Under the pieces are notes generated by a model, which made no database searches, was not told the origin of the DNA, and saw only the letters and a program-made list of their open reading frames with translations. Below are positions 46,252 through 61,328 of a DNA stretch of 64,000 nt, in pieces. A program made the translations under genes and the position numbers. Location of the stretch: the NCBI GenBank assembly GCA_051362555.1, contig CM120643.1:18232848-18296847 (forward strand), read 5' to 3'. Position 1 is the stretch's first letter. The number at the start of each line of letters is the position of its first letter. Source of the stretch: Lingula anatina (Eukaryota > Animalia > Brachiopoda).

Positions 46252-49200
46252 AACAGCACATCAAAGTTGTGATCGTATATTTTGTGTATATATTAATCGT
46301 AAAACTAGAACTATAAATGGTTAAATATTAAATAAGGATATAAGAAAAGTATACATTCTACTAAAGTGGTGCTACAATTACAAAGAGGTAAACTAGACTG
46401 AGTTGCAAACGTTGCGTATATACATAGGCCCTATATTTAAATTGTACACAGACCTGTATACAAACATAAAGTGTTGATTTAAGGTCATCTGCACGATTAT
46501 GTGTGATATTTGCGAAACCCCAAATATACCTGTATAGGAATCAGAGAGGCAAAATGAAACAGATATTTATATGTAACATTTAAAGATATAAGATGAGAGT
46601 CTGCAGTATTTAGATTCAGAAACATGTGCCGATACTGGTGTGCCAATAGAATTTTACAAATGGTTTCCGTGCGACGTTGTCATAACATTGCCAATCGTCA
46701 ATGGCCGTACGTAGAGACCAAATAGTATTTTCCAAAACGACTGTCAAGGGGGAGAAATATTCGTGTGAGCTTTCGAAGCCAATGTAGCTTAACGGTTACC
46801 CCCAAGAGCAAACAAGACACTGCTTTTTTAATCACGTTGTCTATTATTGTTGTAAAACTTTATTGTGTCTTAGTGGATTACATCAACCTTGACCTCACAC
46901 AGTACTGTGTTCAATGGAATACCAACGAAATCTACTCAAAAACCAATATAGTTGACATTAGACTGGAAGCATGGATAGGATTACTGAAGGACGTTCACTG
47001 CCATATGTTGCATGCCATATGATCTTGTTCACATGTGATTTTCATGTAATAGATTGAAATACAGGTGTAATTAACATACAAAGACTGTATCCAATGTGGG
47101 TGGTATGAAATAAATACGTATATGGTGATACTCTATGGCTCCATGTTTTACTAAAGAAGGTTGTAAAACTGATTCTACAGACGGCAAGAAGTGTTTTCGT
47201 ACCTTCAGACACACTGTACGGAGAGTGACATTAAGAATTTAGCATCCCGTTCAAAGAAGAACAACATTTCCTAGAAACCTCAATTATCTCCCTGGATGCG
47301 GCAAATATCCTAACGTGATCTCATGTGATCATTATGCACCTGTACAGCGTGATAATATTTAGCTTAGCTTGTACCTGGGGTGTTGCCATCTGCACGATTA
47401 AGTCCATGCTTTGTGGAATTGGTGATTCAGTTGACGTTAGACAACAAAGTATCGCAAAACATTAACATAAATGCACTGGAATAAAGAACAAAGGCGGTAT
47501 TTACACAATCCCGCCTTGATAGCAAGTCGTGATCACATGATACCAGATGGTGACCCGTTGCCGTGGCCTGAAATCGTAACGCGGCAAAATTTTAGTTTGA
47601 ACATTCAGACTTATGATTAAAATAGATTAAAAAGAGGGGAACTTTTAAAATACCGAGTATCCAATTAAAATGGTATATTTATGCACTGCCCTTGTGCAGC
47701 TTTATCAGTTAGGTTGCACATTGGCGAGTTGCCTGTAAACCCATTTCCACATTCTTAATAGTGGAGATATTTAATGACACCATGTATAAATAAATTCATG
47801 TCCGAAATTTAAGTCAATGTAATTTAGTTTCAGTTGGTGGGGGAGCACAATGGCTGGGCGATCCCCTAGTTACCCACGTCCTCCCTTCCCCCACCCCCAT
47901 CCAAAAAGGGCAGCAAATGAAAGCAGATACAACCAAACAAAGTTCGATTCGTGTGCTCTTACGCAGAACGTTTATGTTTATTATATTTTCTAAACAAAGC
48001 GAAGATTTACATGCAGGCCCCCCTTTAACAAAACCGTTGATTTTTCAGTATTAACCTGTGCGTGTGCGTGAGGGCAATCATGTGCTAACAGTATATGGCC
48101 ACTATTGTATGTAATAATAATAATTATGCAACGTTAAATGCTACATGTACTGGTACATGTTGTCACTGAACTTTGTTCTCACATTATATAGTTTGCTTGG
48201 GAATAAATGGAATCGCTCTGGGATGATTTATTCTAACATCCCGCCCACAGATAATTTAGATTTGGTAAATGTATTCTATAAGCAAAGCTTAGACACGCAT
48301 ACATTCAACGCTCTGACTTTTATGGGCTAGGAGCGCTAGCTCTCTATTTATTTATTTTTATTTTACTATGTCTGCAAATTTATTCATTCATTTACCTATT
48401 TTAGCAAATTAAAGATTTTCGTAGAAGTGCCAGACCCACTACTACGTCTACGAAAACATTTTAAAGTAACCATTAAGACCTTAATATCCAAATCAAACGA
48501 AAGTAAAAAATCATTGATGCATCATATACATTTTTATTTATCAGAAGTAAATTCCGTTTACAGGTATTAATCAATAGTTTTATTATCTAACATATCTAGA
48601 AATAAATCCGATAAATGTTCTAATAAATACATCCATGGTCAATTCTGCAGTGTTGTTGTTCTATAGGGTGATATTAAAAACAATAATCCAATGAACTTAT
48701 GTATAAGGCAATTATAGTACAAACTGTCAGTGTTAAGGTGGAGAATAACAGGGAGTTATTTTCAAGCAAGATCCAGCCACATCCTTGCACACACAAAAAA
48801 AAACACAGGGACGCACGCCCTTAACATCAATTGAGGTTTAAATAAAGTATCATAATTTTCTAAGAAATACCAATCTGTGTACACATTTTCCTGGGAATAC
48901 GTATTTTTAAAGTAAAATATGCATAAAGTGCAGAATAAATAACAAATGTGCTCCAGAGAAAGAGTGTTTGCATCATGAAATGTTTACAGAAACAGCGTCT
49001 ACTTTGCGAAGGGTCTGTTGCACCAACTGTGACATGCCATATCTTTTTGTGCATAATTAATAATACGCGCCATGAGCCTTTACAAGGAGTTAGCAAGCAT
49101 GGAATGTTTACAATGAAAATATACCAACGTAGAATAATATCAACTAAAACTGCGTCGTGTCAAACCTACATCTTGGAAAATTTTCCAGAGTTTATAGAAA

Positions 49201-49994
49201 AAAGGTAATTGCCCTGCTCTTTGTTTCGAAGCTACAGTTTTTCTTCCGTCTTGCAATTCTATATAGTTGTGTATGTATTATACACACAACATTGGCATCA
49301 TTCTGTTGAAATCAATATCACCACCGACTGTTCCCCTTGTGTTACTAATATAATACTGCACCCCTTTTCACACTGACAGGACATAAACGTTACCGAATAT
49401 ACCGAATTAGTTTAAATATGAATATATTTAAGATTATAAAAATAATATAATACTACACTTACTGCCAACATATCTTATTAAGTTATTGCAAGATATATCA
49501 CAGGTATCATATGCTATATTCCAAGGTATAGAGCACCAATCATTGGCAAGGATTATACCATGGTACGGCTTTCGATGTGTTCGGTACTAGAACCCTACAT
49601 CCAAAACGTCATTAAATATAAATGTCTTAGCTATCTTAGCACGTTTTTAATTTACTGAACCTTCGTCTTGGACGAATTCTAGAAGCCAGGGACTTCCAAG
49701 TGTGTTTTTTAATGTCAATGCATTTTTTAAAATGCCCCTTACTCGGTAAAATTATTGCACACAAATTACACATAACTCATATGAAGGTGGTCAATCCCAA
49801 AAACCGAATCCATTGTATAAAACATAGCCCTATATGCCTTTTAGCCGCTTTGAAACTCGGTTACAATTATTAAAAGATTTTTTTGAGGCTGTAGCAATGT
49901 CCCAACAAGAAGCGGCAATTCATGTTGCCATGATATCAAGATGCCTTCTCCTCGAGATTGGAATACAGTTTTTTAAAAAATATTTTGTCTGTCC

Positions 49995-52447
49995 TTAAGC
50001 TGGGAGGAAAAATTTATCCTGGAAAAGATAAAGAAATCTTAGAGAAGTGTTACATATATGCTACACAAATAATATAGATATACATTTTATAACATATTTG
50101 GTCAAGATATAAAGTTAAAAACTAAGAAGAAGAAATATAATACTTCAAATAAAAAACACGATTAACGTGGATGAAGCATCAACTGAAGCATCAGGTTCAT
50201 CAGCTGAAAATTAGCAATCTCAAAATCTGCCTTTTATATGGTATATGTAAAGTGGACGCTGCCTGCAGATATTTTATAAAACCAATGGTACACGCGTACC
50301 AATCCCAACAAGGCAGTCATTTAAGTGGAAGCATTGACGCACAAAAGTAAAGAACGAGAACGGGAACTTGTGATATGTCAAGTGTCAGAACAATACCTCC
50401 ACGATTAAATACTACGATATTAAGAGGCAGAGAAGAAGTAGACGAATTAAGTCGATGAATTAATGTTTAATTAAAATTACCTGAGCTACCTCTACCGTGC
50501 GGTCGTCCTCGCTGTCATGGCTATCATAACCCTCATTAACATGACCTTGGGCGTTTGTTTTATCATTCTCCTGCAATAATATAATAATAATAATTAATAT
50601 TATTATATTAATAAAAATAATAATTTGATAATAAAATATTTAGAAAATCAAAACAAATAGGTTGAAAGATTAAATGATTGTGATAAATAAAGCACAAAAT
50701 GAAGCACAAAATATGTATATTATTCAAGCTTTCCTTAGTACTCTTTTCCTGTAGTGATGTCTAGAAATGTGAAACCACTAAACAGCTACTGACAATAACA
50801 AAAAATATGCAGTTCGGCTTTCGCTTCTTGAAAGTAAAGTTCTGGGAATTTTTTTAACACAGTAATTTTGTTCATTTATAACTAGTCTCATATATATAGA
50901 ATATTGTGGACTTAAGTCATTACGAGTTAAATGTACATCATCTTACCACTGCGTGATTTTTCTTTGATATTTTAAAGCTGCTCAAGGCAAATCAAGATTT
51001 ACTCAACCTAACAATAACTTTATCATGTTGGATAAACTACTTGGCTGTTGTATTTGTTGACAGGTAATGTTTGCACAGTTCTGACAATTATAGCGCGAAA
51101 AGTGTACGTTTTTAGACAATAATAAGCGTAAAATGTATTTTTAAAAGTTTAATTTTGGCTGCACCTCGGAGGGTAAAATTTGTCTCTGGTCTACAAAACA
51201 ATATATTTATAGAAAGCAACAGCCAGTTTTATCGCCTTTTTATAATCCAATACCTAAATGTCAAGCCCCCTAGATGTATCAACAGCAGTAACATCGCTGT
51301 CATCTGACATAATTATCGTCTGATAGATAGTATAATTGTGCCATTTACACTTATTAGTAAAAAAACTGTCGACTACGTCACTGGTTATTGTTACGGTATA
51401 TTTGCTTACGACGTCACCAGTCAATATTAACTTTTATCAGACCCCACATTCCTGGATACAAAAATAACATTTTTGTCAATTATATCAGAATGGCATTATA
51501 GTTTACCTTATTACTTTTGGCACTTCCTTCACTTTCCGTTTTCTTCTTACTGCTGGACTTAGAGTGTTCCGAAGATTTCTTAGAAGCCTTCTCAACGTCC
51601 TGGTTGTGAGAGGACGATAACTCGGAATGGCTGTTCGTATCCTCGGAATGGCCGCTGTCCCCGCTAGTACTGTTGATGTCGTCATCTTCTGTGGACTGTG
51701 GAGAGATTTGGAGGCATAATGTGAATAATTAGCTGTTTTGCCAATGTCGACAAAGAACAACTATGCTGGTAGTGGTACTACAGCACTATTAATATGGCAT
51801 CCAACATGGTTCCATGCAATGTGCCACATCGAATATGAACAGAACAATTGCTACACAGTTCTATCAACAGCTTGTACATTAATTTAATACAATTTTACCG
51901 GAGTATGGCTATTATTCGCTGTGCATTTCTTTCATTCCAACATTTGTCTTACCAATTCATTTTGTTCGTATATGGCATGCATCACGGCATCATGGATGGT
52001 GAGGAAAATGATGTCTGTTGGATTACTCTCAAAGAAGCCTATCCTTTTCAGCATCTCTCTGAAATTGGCTAAATAAAAGGGGTTGGGTTCAGCAACACAG
52101 GCATATGTGTTTTTTTTCGTGGAATACGACTTCAAAATTGTCTATATTTCTTAGTATTAAACCCATATATATCTTTAGTACATGTAAATTTATTTGAGCC
52201 CTCGTTTAGCAAAATTTGAAATATTGAATCAATTGCATACCTCTGCAATCTGCTAAAAGCACCATCACATCAACGTTTTTGTAATCATTTATAACCTGCA
52301 ATCAAAGTAAAGAGCTTCAGTGGAAAGGGTGTAGGTAAAAAAGAAAAAACAATAACCAAAACGAAGAGAACATATCTGTTTAGATCTAAATCCATGCATC
52401 AACATATTCTTGTTATTTACACACAACGTAAAGCACGTAAAGGTAAC

Positions 52448-52488
<41 letters not shown>

Positions 52489-53513
52489 GTATCTGAACAA
52501 GAAGAACCATTTAGGCTGGCAATATACCTGATTAAGGACCTTGACACCAACGGCGTCGGTGTACATCATGGCTGAGCAGTCAAGAACTATATGGCTAATA
52601 TCAAAATTCGGTGGCTCCTCTTCAAACACAGGGATATCGTCCGACATGTGGTATTCCTCATAACCTCCAGTCTCTGGGTCTTCCTCGATAGCTTGTAGAT
52701 ATCTGCCGCTTACAACCGGCCGGGGATCCATTGATGTTTGGGGGGTACCCTCCTGTTAAGAAAATTATCAATACCGAGGATCAAGGTCAGGGTAAAGGTC
52801 AGAGTCAAGGTCAGAGGTGAAAGACCACATAAAATTCAAATAAAAAATGTCATTTTATATGTTAAAAGTCAAAAGTCACAGATAAGTGGTTTTAGCTGCC
52901 TGATCATATAGTAGGAAGAAATTACGTCAAAGTTCATATGTCAGGGGTCATGGTCTTAACGTCTAAGGCCTTGTATTGATTAAATGATAACATTTCAGTA
53001 AGCACAAAACGCTGACAGCTAAACAGTCTATATATTGTCAGTGACTTCAAATTCAAAAAGTGGAAGCTAAAATAAAATTAATGGCACGCATATGGTCTAT
53101 AATTTGTCATTTTTAATTTGCTGGATTGAATTATGTTTTTTCATATTGCCCACTGGTACTTACATGATAATCTTGGGCTCTAACAGGATTGACTTTCACA
53201 CTAAACTCGGAATCTAGTCTCACTCTGTCCTTCCTAAAGTGTAGTGCCTGAATTCGATGATATATTTGAGAATTCAAAAATATTTTTAAAAAATAATTGC
53301 ATCAATGAATATTTTCGTTTAGAACATAGATTTTCTACATGTAGCAGAAACGCGGGCTGTATTATATTGATCTGCATTTAATCAATACATATCTTTGCGA
53401 TTGCAGAATTTATTCTGCCAACTATGCAACTACAGTGTCATGTACTTGTTTTTCTTTTGTCAAACTTCTAATGTTTTATTGATTATTTATAATGGTTGTA
53501 CACGTTTACTCCC

Positions 53514-53560
<47 letters not shown>

Positions 53561-54864
53561 TCTCCCTCTCTCTCTCTCTCTCTCTAAAAATTTCCCAAAT
53601 GACATAATAATAGCAACCCACGTTTAAATTAAATTATCCCAAATAGATGTGAAACATATGATTCTGTCAGCTGTGGTACCCACCTTCTTTAAAAAGCTCA
53701 TGGGTCCACTTGGTTGTGCTTCTTGATATTCGCTGGTGTTGGCAGGTGGTGCAGGGGCCGTGTTGGAAATGGGGGCGATGTTGATCCCGTAGGTAGTGTC
53801 CAATCTTCTGAAGGGCCTAACAGTTGGACGACCAGTCGAGATAGTTGGGATTTCCTGTGTGGGAACGACGTGGGAAGGTTGCGGCGATTGCAGTTCAAGA
53901 CTTGTCTGAGACTGAAAGGTACGTGTAAACACTGTGATAGATAGATTTGGAAGGTAAGGAGATGCTGTGGTTAGTAGGATGGAAGGTTCCGTTTGAACAC
54001 CGTAGATATTGGGTAGGTACATGTGGGTGGGTAGCTTGATAGATAGATAGAAAGATATGTACTAAAAGGTACGTGTAAACACGATGATAGCTCTGGAAGT
54101 TAAGAGGGTGTGTGGATATGGTAGGTTCCGTTTGTTTACTGTAGAGAGGTACCAGTAAGTAAAGATAGATAAGAACAGACATACAGACGGAGATATAGAT
54201 AAAAAGATATATATGCAGTAAAAATGTAAACTGCTGGGCAAAAGGAGTCGATAAATCAGTACAAGAATCTTTACATGCTTTATACGATACACAGTAACAC
54301 TTAGTGTGACCCATGTTCATGGACATTATTACTATACTTTTATTGCAAACGAAAAGTCACAATACGCTTAGTGACACAATACACGTCGATCCTCAACTTA
54401 AAAACAATCTTAAAAACAAAGAGACCTCACATGGAACCTAAACAGACCCAGATACTGGAATGGACAAATCACTTGGCTGGACATTAGTTGCTGCAGAAAT
54501 TATTCTTAAAATAATGATTGCATACCAAATTGGCTTGACTGTCTGAACCACTCGGCTTCTTATCGTCCTGTTTCCCACTGTCTTTTTCTTTCTTCCTCAG
54601 CTGCTTCTGCACGCGTTCCTCGAATCTGTTATGTTTAGAAAAGCACACTTTATCAAAACGATCGCAGCGATGCTTGGAAATATACATTTTAAGGGAAATG
54701 TGGTTTAAATCCCCGTTTAATACTAGAATTCGTCAAAAATCTTATTGACTTAACTGACATGTTCAACGGTTATTCGGTTTAACGGCTATTCATGAAAGAA
54801 TATTTCTGTTTGTTCTTAGGTAGTTTCCATTTTGTAAAATAAATCATGCTTTTTCAATTTAACC

Positions 54865-54915
<51 letters not shown>

Positions 54916-56041
54916 CACTAACCTGCGCTTTCTTTTACCAAATTTCCTCCTATCTTTCTTCAGTGCCAGCGGGTTTGCATTGGTCAACTTGAACAGGGAT
55001 CGACGAAAGTGATCTGCATTGGCGTAATACAACGAGGCCTCAAAATGAAATATTTTGATCCCGTCAAGCTCTTTCACCTAAAAGATAATCAAATCAATTA
55101 TGAATTCACACAGTGTGGCTAATTTTTATAACAAAAAAATTCAATTTTTCTGGGCAATTGACGACTTTCCACTTTCTAGACTTCGAGTTTCTAGATTTTG
55201 AGTCACTCTGAAAACGAAAGTAGCGATTTTTAAATTTCGCTAATAGCGGTGAAATCAGAAATTAAGAACCCTTAGAATTAAAGATCGTAATTTTAGGCGC
55301 TTAATTTATATCAATGTGCCGGTTTCTACCATTCCCTTATAATTCAAATATTTTGGGAATATTTTTGAAATGCATCATTTAAATCATACGTCACCCTTGA
55401 AGAATACTTACATATTCATATTTTGTTTTGTCTCTGTATATGTCAGAATCATCTGCTTGACCATATAAACAACAGTATGGTCTGGAATAGAAACAAAATA
55501 TTATTTAGTAATAGAAGATTGTTTTGTATCTTAAGAGTGAAAATTTCGCTGGATCAATAGCATGTTTTCAGACGCTAACAAACAATCTGCCTAAATAATC
55601 AGGAGAAACAGATTGTTGATATAACACATACAACAAACGATAAATTGTTATTGGTGATTTTGTGTATCATATTGTTTACGGCGAACTATAAGTTAATTAG
55701 TTGAAAAAATGTACAGATTCACCATGTTGTATGCTTCCTATTTTTATTTTACACTTTGTTTATTAATATGAAAAATTCCGAGACGCCTTTTGTCATGGAA
55801 TAATTTGGCAACTGAACCACAAAAGCACAGATATGAATTTCACATAAACTCACCTTGCAGACCTCAATATGATTGTGAAAAGCGAGAAGCCTACTCCAGT
55901 AACAAGACCGATATCGACACCAAGAAGCAGCACAGCTAGGTACATTACTATCCACATAGCCTTGAAAAGAATGAAATATAACATTGATGCTACCGTTACG
56001 TCATGATCACAAGTTTAAACACTTAACTTTCTACACAAAAC

Positions 56042-56097
<56 letters not shown>

Positions 56098-59000
56098 AAG
56101 CTTCCAGACGCGTTATGGCTCATAATCATTATTAACTGACAACACAGATGAATTTCCATCAAGATGCTTTACATTGCAGAGATAATCTCTGACACCTCTA
56201 TTTTAACTACAAGTACAAACATCTTGATGACAAAACAGGGATTTTTATTCTGAGAATTTTACTACTCTGTATATTTTTATCGCTACAATCATGATGTGTT
56301 AGTGTAAATCTTAATTCATTTTTAATATCCAACGTGCCATTACCTGCAAGTGCTACAACATGTTTTATGGATTATAATATTCTGATATGATCTTTCTGCC
56401 TGGTGGTTTAGTCTGGCTTTTTGTTTGTCACGATAGAATACAAAGTTCAAATTACAAGTGTATATATATATATACATATTTCGATACTTACAAAATCATA
56501 TTTTGATATATTCCACAGTTTTGGGAGATCTTTGTACTGCATAAACATCCCTTTCAAAGCAACCAACACAATGCAGGCTAATATACACTGAAACAGGAAG
56601 AACGATATAAAAGATAAAGTTCCTACATGTACATCGATCCTTTAAGAAATTAAGGTCAACATCCCTTTAAGTCACAGTGGCGCTTCAAAACGGATAAAAA
56701 CACCTACGTGTCGTACATATTGTTTAGTGGTCCTAAAACAGTGACGTCTTATTTTGGAATTCTATGGATACTTACACGAGGTAGAGTTCGGAAGAGAGGT
56801 CCCACGAACAACATCACAACTAAAGTCAAGATACTGTTCAGGAGACCCGACAGCTGGAAAAAAAAAAATTAATAATTAATAATTAATATCAAATACAGAT
56901 TGCATAGCTTATATCTGTGGATATATGTTTGTACATACATCAGCAAGCACGTCGGTACAAACCTAAAGTTAAGCTTTTAAGTTAGTTCAAACCTTTACTC
57001 AGGCTCTTCAGTTTACTAAACGTCGGACCGTCTATTTAATACGCACCTGAGTGTTAACACCCATGGAATGTTGAACCATACTCCTAGACATAGCACCTCC
57101 ACAACAGAACGTACTAAAAAGCGAGCCCACCGAGTTACATACGCCGAATGCCAAAAGCTCCTGGAATAAGAATGATCCAATGATTCACCAAAAAGTACAA
57201 AACGACATCTATATAAAGAAAACATAATTGAACAATAGCTGGGTTCCTTTTGTTGATCCCATATGTATCAGAAAATATTCGTAAAAAACTGTGTTCAATT
57301 TCTAATCTTAATATAATACACTTGACTAGAATTCTCATCGACATTCCAGTGATCGAAGGACGCCAGATGTCTGGAAAGTTTAAGCATATAATGATAACGG
57401 GTATACACATATATCTTTTGGCGATTGTCAATCTATTTAATGTGCATACAGATTCGCTTTTGAACAAAAAATTAATCCACGATAAAACGTACTGCAAATT
57501 AGAATAATATTAAATAAATGTCAAGCGGCTTGAGAGCTTCCGTCTGTATCACTTTGCTCTATTGTTTCACAACAACACATCGCTGTTATAACGTTGCCAT
57601 AACCAAAAAACGTTATGTTAACATTAAGGTAACGTTATAAAATGTTCTGTGTTTTAAAGGAATTAAAAAAAAACACTCACTTGATCAGGATTAATTTCAT
57701 AATCATGCAACTTCCCCAACAGCTTCCCCAGAGATACTGAGATAGTGAAAGAGATCAGAGCTATCCAGAAGGCATCAATAATCAGCCACAGGTAGCGGAG
57801 ATTATTCAGCGGTTCCAACGTCGGGGCGGGGATTCTGGAGTGAAAAAAGGTAATAAACACGCATACCCTCCAATATATAATTAATTCGCTGAGGTCATAT
57901 GTCTGTACGATATTTCTGATGGGGGTTCGAAGATCGGTGCTTTCCTACTGATGAAAAGGGTTGGGCTTTTGTACTAAAAAGTTAAAATTTTAATGTTATG
58001 TGTCAAGAACAAAAATAATCTCAGTTAAATCAGTATTCGTCAATATAAATGGTAAGCCTTTTTTAATTTTGATGTTTAAGGACATGTCTACATTGTTTTA
58101 TATGTTGTCTTATTGCCATACATTAAGCTTGGGGGAGAGATTAATACTCCAAAGAGCATATTTCCGCTACATGACAATGTCAAATAACGCCAGCGTACTA
58201 TAGTGGAATAAGAATAACATGCTCTACCGATGTGAAATACAAATACTGGTGTGGACGTTCTTAACATCTTGTTTAGAGTTAAATCTAAAAATTTTTCTGC
58301 AGAGGAGATTTCAGATACTCTGACTCACAAAGTCGAAGTAGCAGGAATGGGTATTTGTTAAGGGAATTAAACCAAGTCTTAAACATACAATTTGAAGAGA
58401 CGAAACATGAATTCATTAGTATGACTTGCAGCATAGGGTACGGTACCCAAGTATTACGACTGCTATTGCTGTGTACTGCAAAATGAATTATTATGATTAC
58501 TATTAGCATATTTTTGTTCCGCAAAATGAACTATATATAGCTGAGGGCACATATATTACTCACCCTGTAGGTATATCTCCAACGATAGCTACGCCATAAT
58601 TGTCAGGGAGATTGCTCGTGAAAGACACCAATGTGCCAACAACAACCTGAAATCGTTTGAAGTCGCAATATTAATACGTAAACATATACGCAACAGGGGA
58701 ATAAGTCAGTATCGTGAAGGTTTAATTCCACAAAATGAAATTAACATTGATAACAAAATGCATACCGGTATAACATGTATGCAACGGGCATTTTGTCAAA
58801 TATATCTGTCAGTATCAGTTTATAGAGATCGGGCGCATTCTGTATTTTTGTATCTATCCCTTTATTTAATTTACCTAAATGCCACGTTGCACGATCTCGC
58901 AGACAATATACTACATGCAGATTTTTTTAACCAAATTGCTATGAGATTTTCACATTGTGAGTCATCCTCTGGGTCTTTCTGTACGTAAATCAAATGTGCC

Positions 59001-61293
59001 TTTATACCTATTTTTTAATTTGGACATTTTGGATTGCTTTAATGCCAAATGATGGTACAGTTTTAAGTCTACAATAGATGTGCTTAAGCGACAAAGGGCA
59101 TGAGTCACAGTTTGCATTCACTTCTCTTAATGATGTGAAACATGTATCAAGGATTTTGTAATTAAAGCGCATATCGATGATATCTAATCATCTACATGTA
59201 GATCAAAACGCCCATTCTACAGATAACAACACTTTACTTCATCAATAAAGCTGCGGTAGATAAACTTTCAAGTTATTTGTAAAATTCCTGTGTTTTATGT
59301 CTATTTTAATTATCCATTTATCCATCTATTCAAAACACACCGACACAAAAAGGTAGCACAAATATTAAAAAACAGCTTTACCACAAGCAGCTCTATTGGC
59401 ACTGGCATTTTCAGTTTGGTTCTTTGGCAACGGGAATTGATGCACTCCTTCACTATTAACAACGAGGCTATGGTTATCATTGACACGAGGAGTTCGGCAA
59501 CATTGGTGTCAAAAAGATTCAAAGCCAGATGGTAATATGTCTGAAAGATTAGGCAACAGATAGTTATCGTAATCGGAATAGACGTTATTATACTAGTGTG
59601 TATCTTATTAAAATATGTCAAAATGCCTACATAAAATTTTCTTACAAAACATTAGCCACAGATAAAATTCCCATGAATCGCTTAAAACCAACGCAAACGA
59701 GCACAAGCTGCTGCTGTAATAACCTCAAGTTTTCAATTTTTCAATTTTGAATTTCCCACCCAAAATACCAAATTTCAAAGACATCTTACCTTCATAACCT
59801 TGAAGGGTGCATGCTGAGTGGGTACCTTTATCCCGAACACGTATTTGATCTGCGAAGTGAAAGTCAACATGGCTGCTCCGGTTGTGAAAGCACTGATAAG
59901 GGTATCTGATAGGTAGTGAGCCAGGAAACCAAGGCCGCACACGCCCATGACTAACTAGAAAGAAAAGGAGACACGTGTGTTATCATACGAATTACTACGA
60001 AAAATATCACGGTTTCATAAGTGATTCAATATGTGTATAAGCATACATGATATGGGTATAGTAAAATATACATAGGCATATAGTGTTTGCCACATGCATG
60101 TGTTTACATGCAGTTTGGTGGCATAGTGGTAAAATTAGTGGTTATTCACTTACGATACTCGTTTCTGCTTTTTTCTTGTTTCTGCTGCGTGGTTTGGATG
60201 AGGGTTCTCCCTCTCGAGTACAGAGTGTTTCTTTTAATTTCCATCTCAACCTCTCTTTTTCACCAGGCCCAACATCTTGGTGTCGTGTTAGTAATATAAA
60301 ACCCTACACAGGTCTCACTCGGTGGATATTCCCCTATACCCCGGCTCCCGGATACCACAACAACAGGCGGCAAGCGAGGCAGCAAAACTTGCACAAAGTA
60401 TAACAGAAACGATACGAGATTCATGGGGGAAAACGTTTATCGGTATAGCTGGCCTTCTACGTCCATGGGCGGTAAAGTTAACCCATGGTGTATTGGACAG
60501 ATCAATCGTTTCCATTATGTTTTCTTCTGATTAAAAAAAGCATTCAATTAACATTAACGTTTACCACTGAATTTTCCTGAATTAGCTACCTACCTGCCAC
60601 AGACCCGTGAGAAAGGTCAAGGTCAGTGCGATGCCAACCTTATACTTGATAAGTTCTGGGTCATCATCGCTAAAGCCATCGTGGTCATCTGAGAAGAGTT
60701 CCGTGGCATTTGACGTGCTGTTTCCCATTTCTGCCATGGCACTGTGTTTGAAGTTGATAATCTCTCTTTCAACGACAGAACCGACCATCAAGGCAATGAC
60801 ACTCTCAGATCCTGTATATGCAATAAAGGTAAGATCCTCACAACCTCACAACAAATCAAATAGTTTGTCAAATCGAGTGATCGACGAAATGGATCTTAAA
60901 ATGCAGCAACGGTGAATAAACAAATAATGGCACAAATATTTAATAAACTGGATTATATTTATTTAAATGGATTAACACATACGGTATGTACTGAACGCTA
61001 TTTACTGTCCTAAATATGAGATGCATTTATGGCGTTTCATGTCAGGGGCGGATCCAGGATTCTTTGAAGGGGGGGGGGGGGGGGTCGGGGCCCGTTGAAG
61101 GGCCCCGAAAATGTTTGTTACGGTTTAGAACTATGATTCAGCTAGTAAAAATTCTAATTTCAAGAGGGGACCATTGGTGTGATTTTTTCAGAAATCCAAG
61201 GGAGGGGGGGGGGCGGTCAGGACTCCCCTTACACCCCCCTAAATCCGCCACTGTCATATAAATCAATATCAATTTGGAACAACTCCCCTGAAA

Positions 61294-61328
<35 letters not shown>

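Noticed and set aside
51503-51760. Basic 85-aa minus-strand ORF
   Set aside because: Wrong frame; the SLC26 exon 51507-51695 splices in a different frame (STEDDDINS...).
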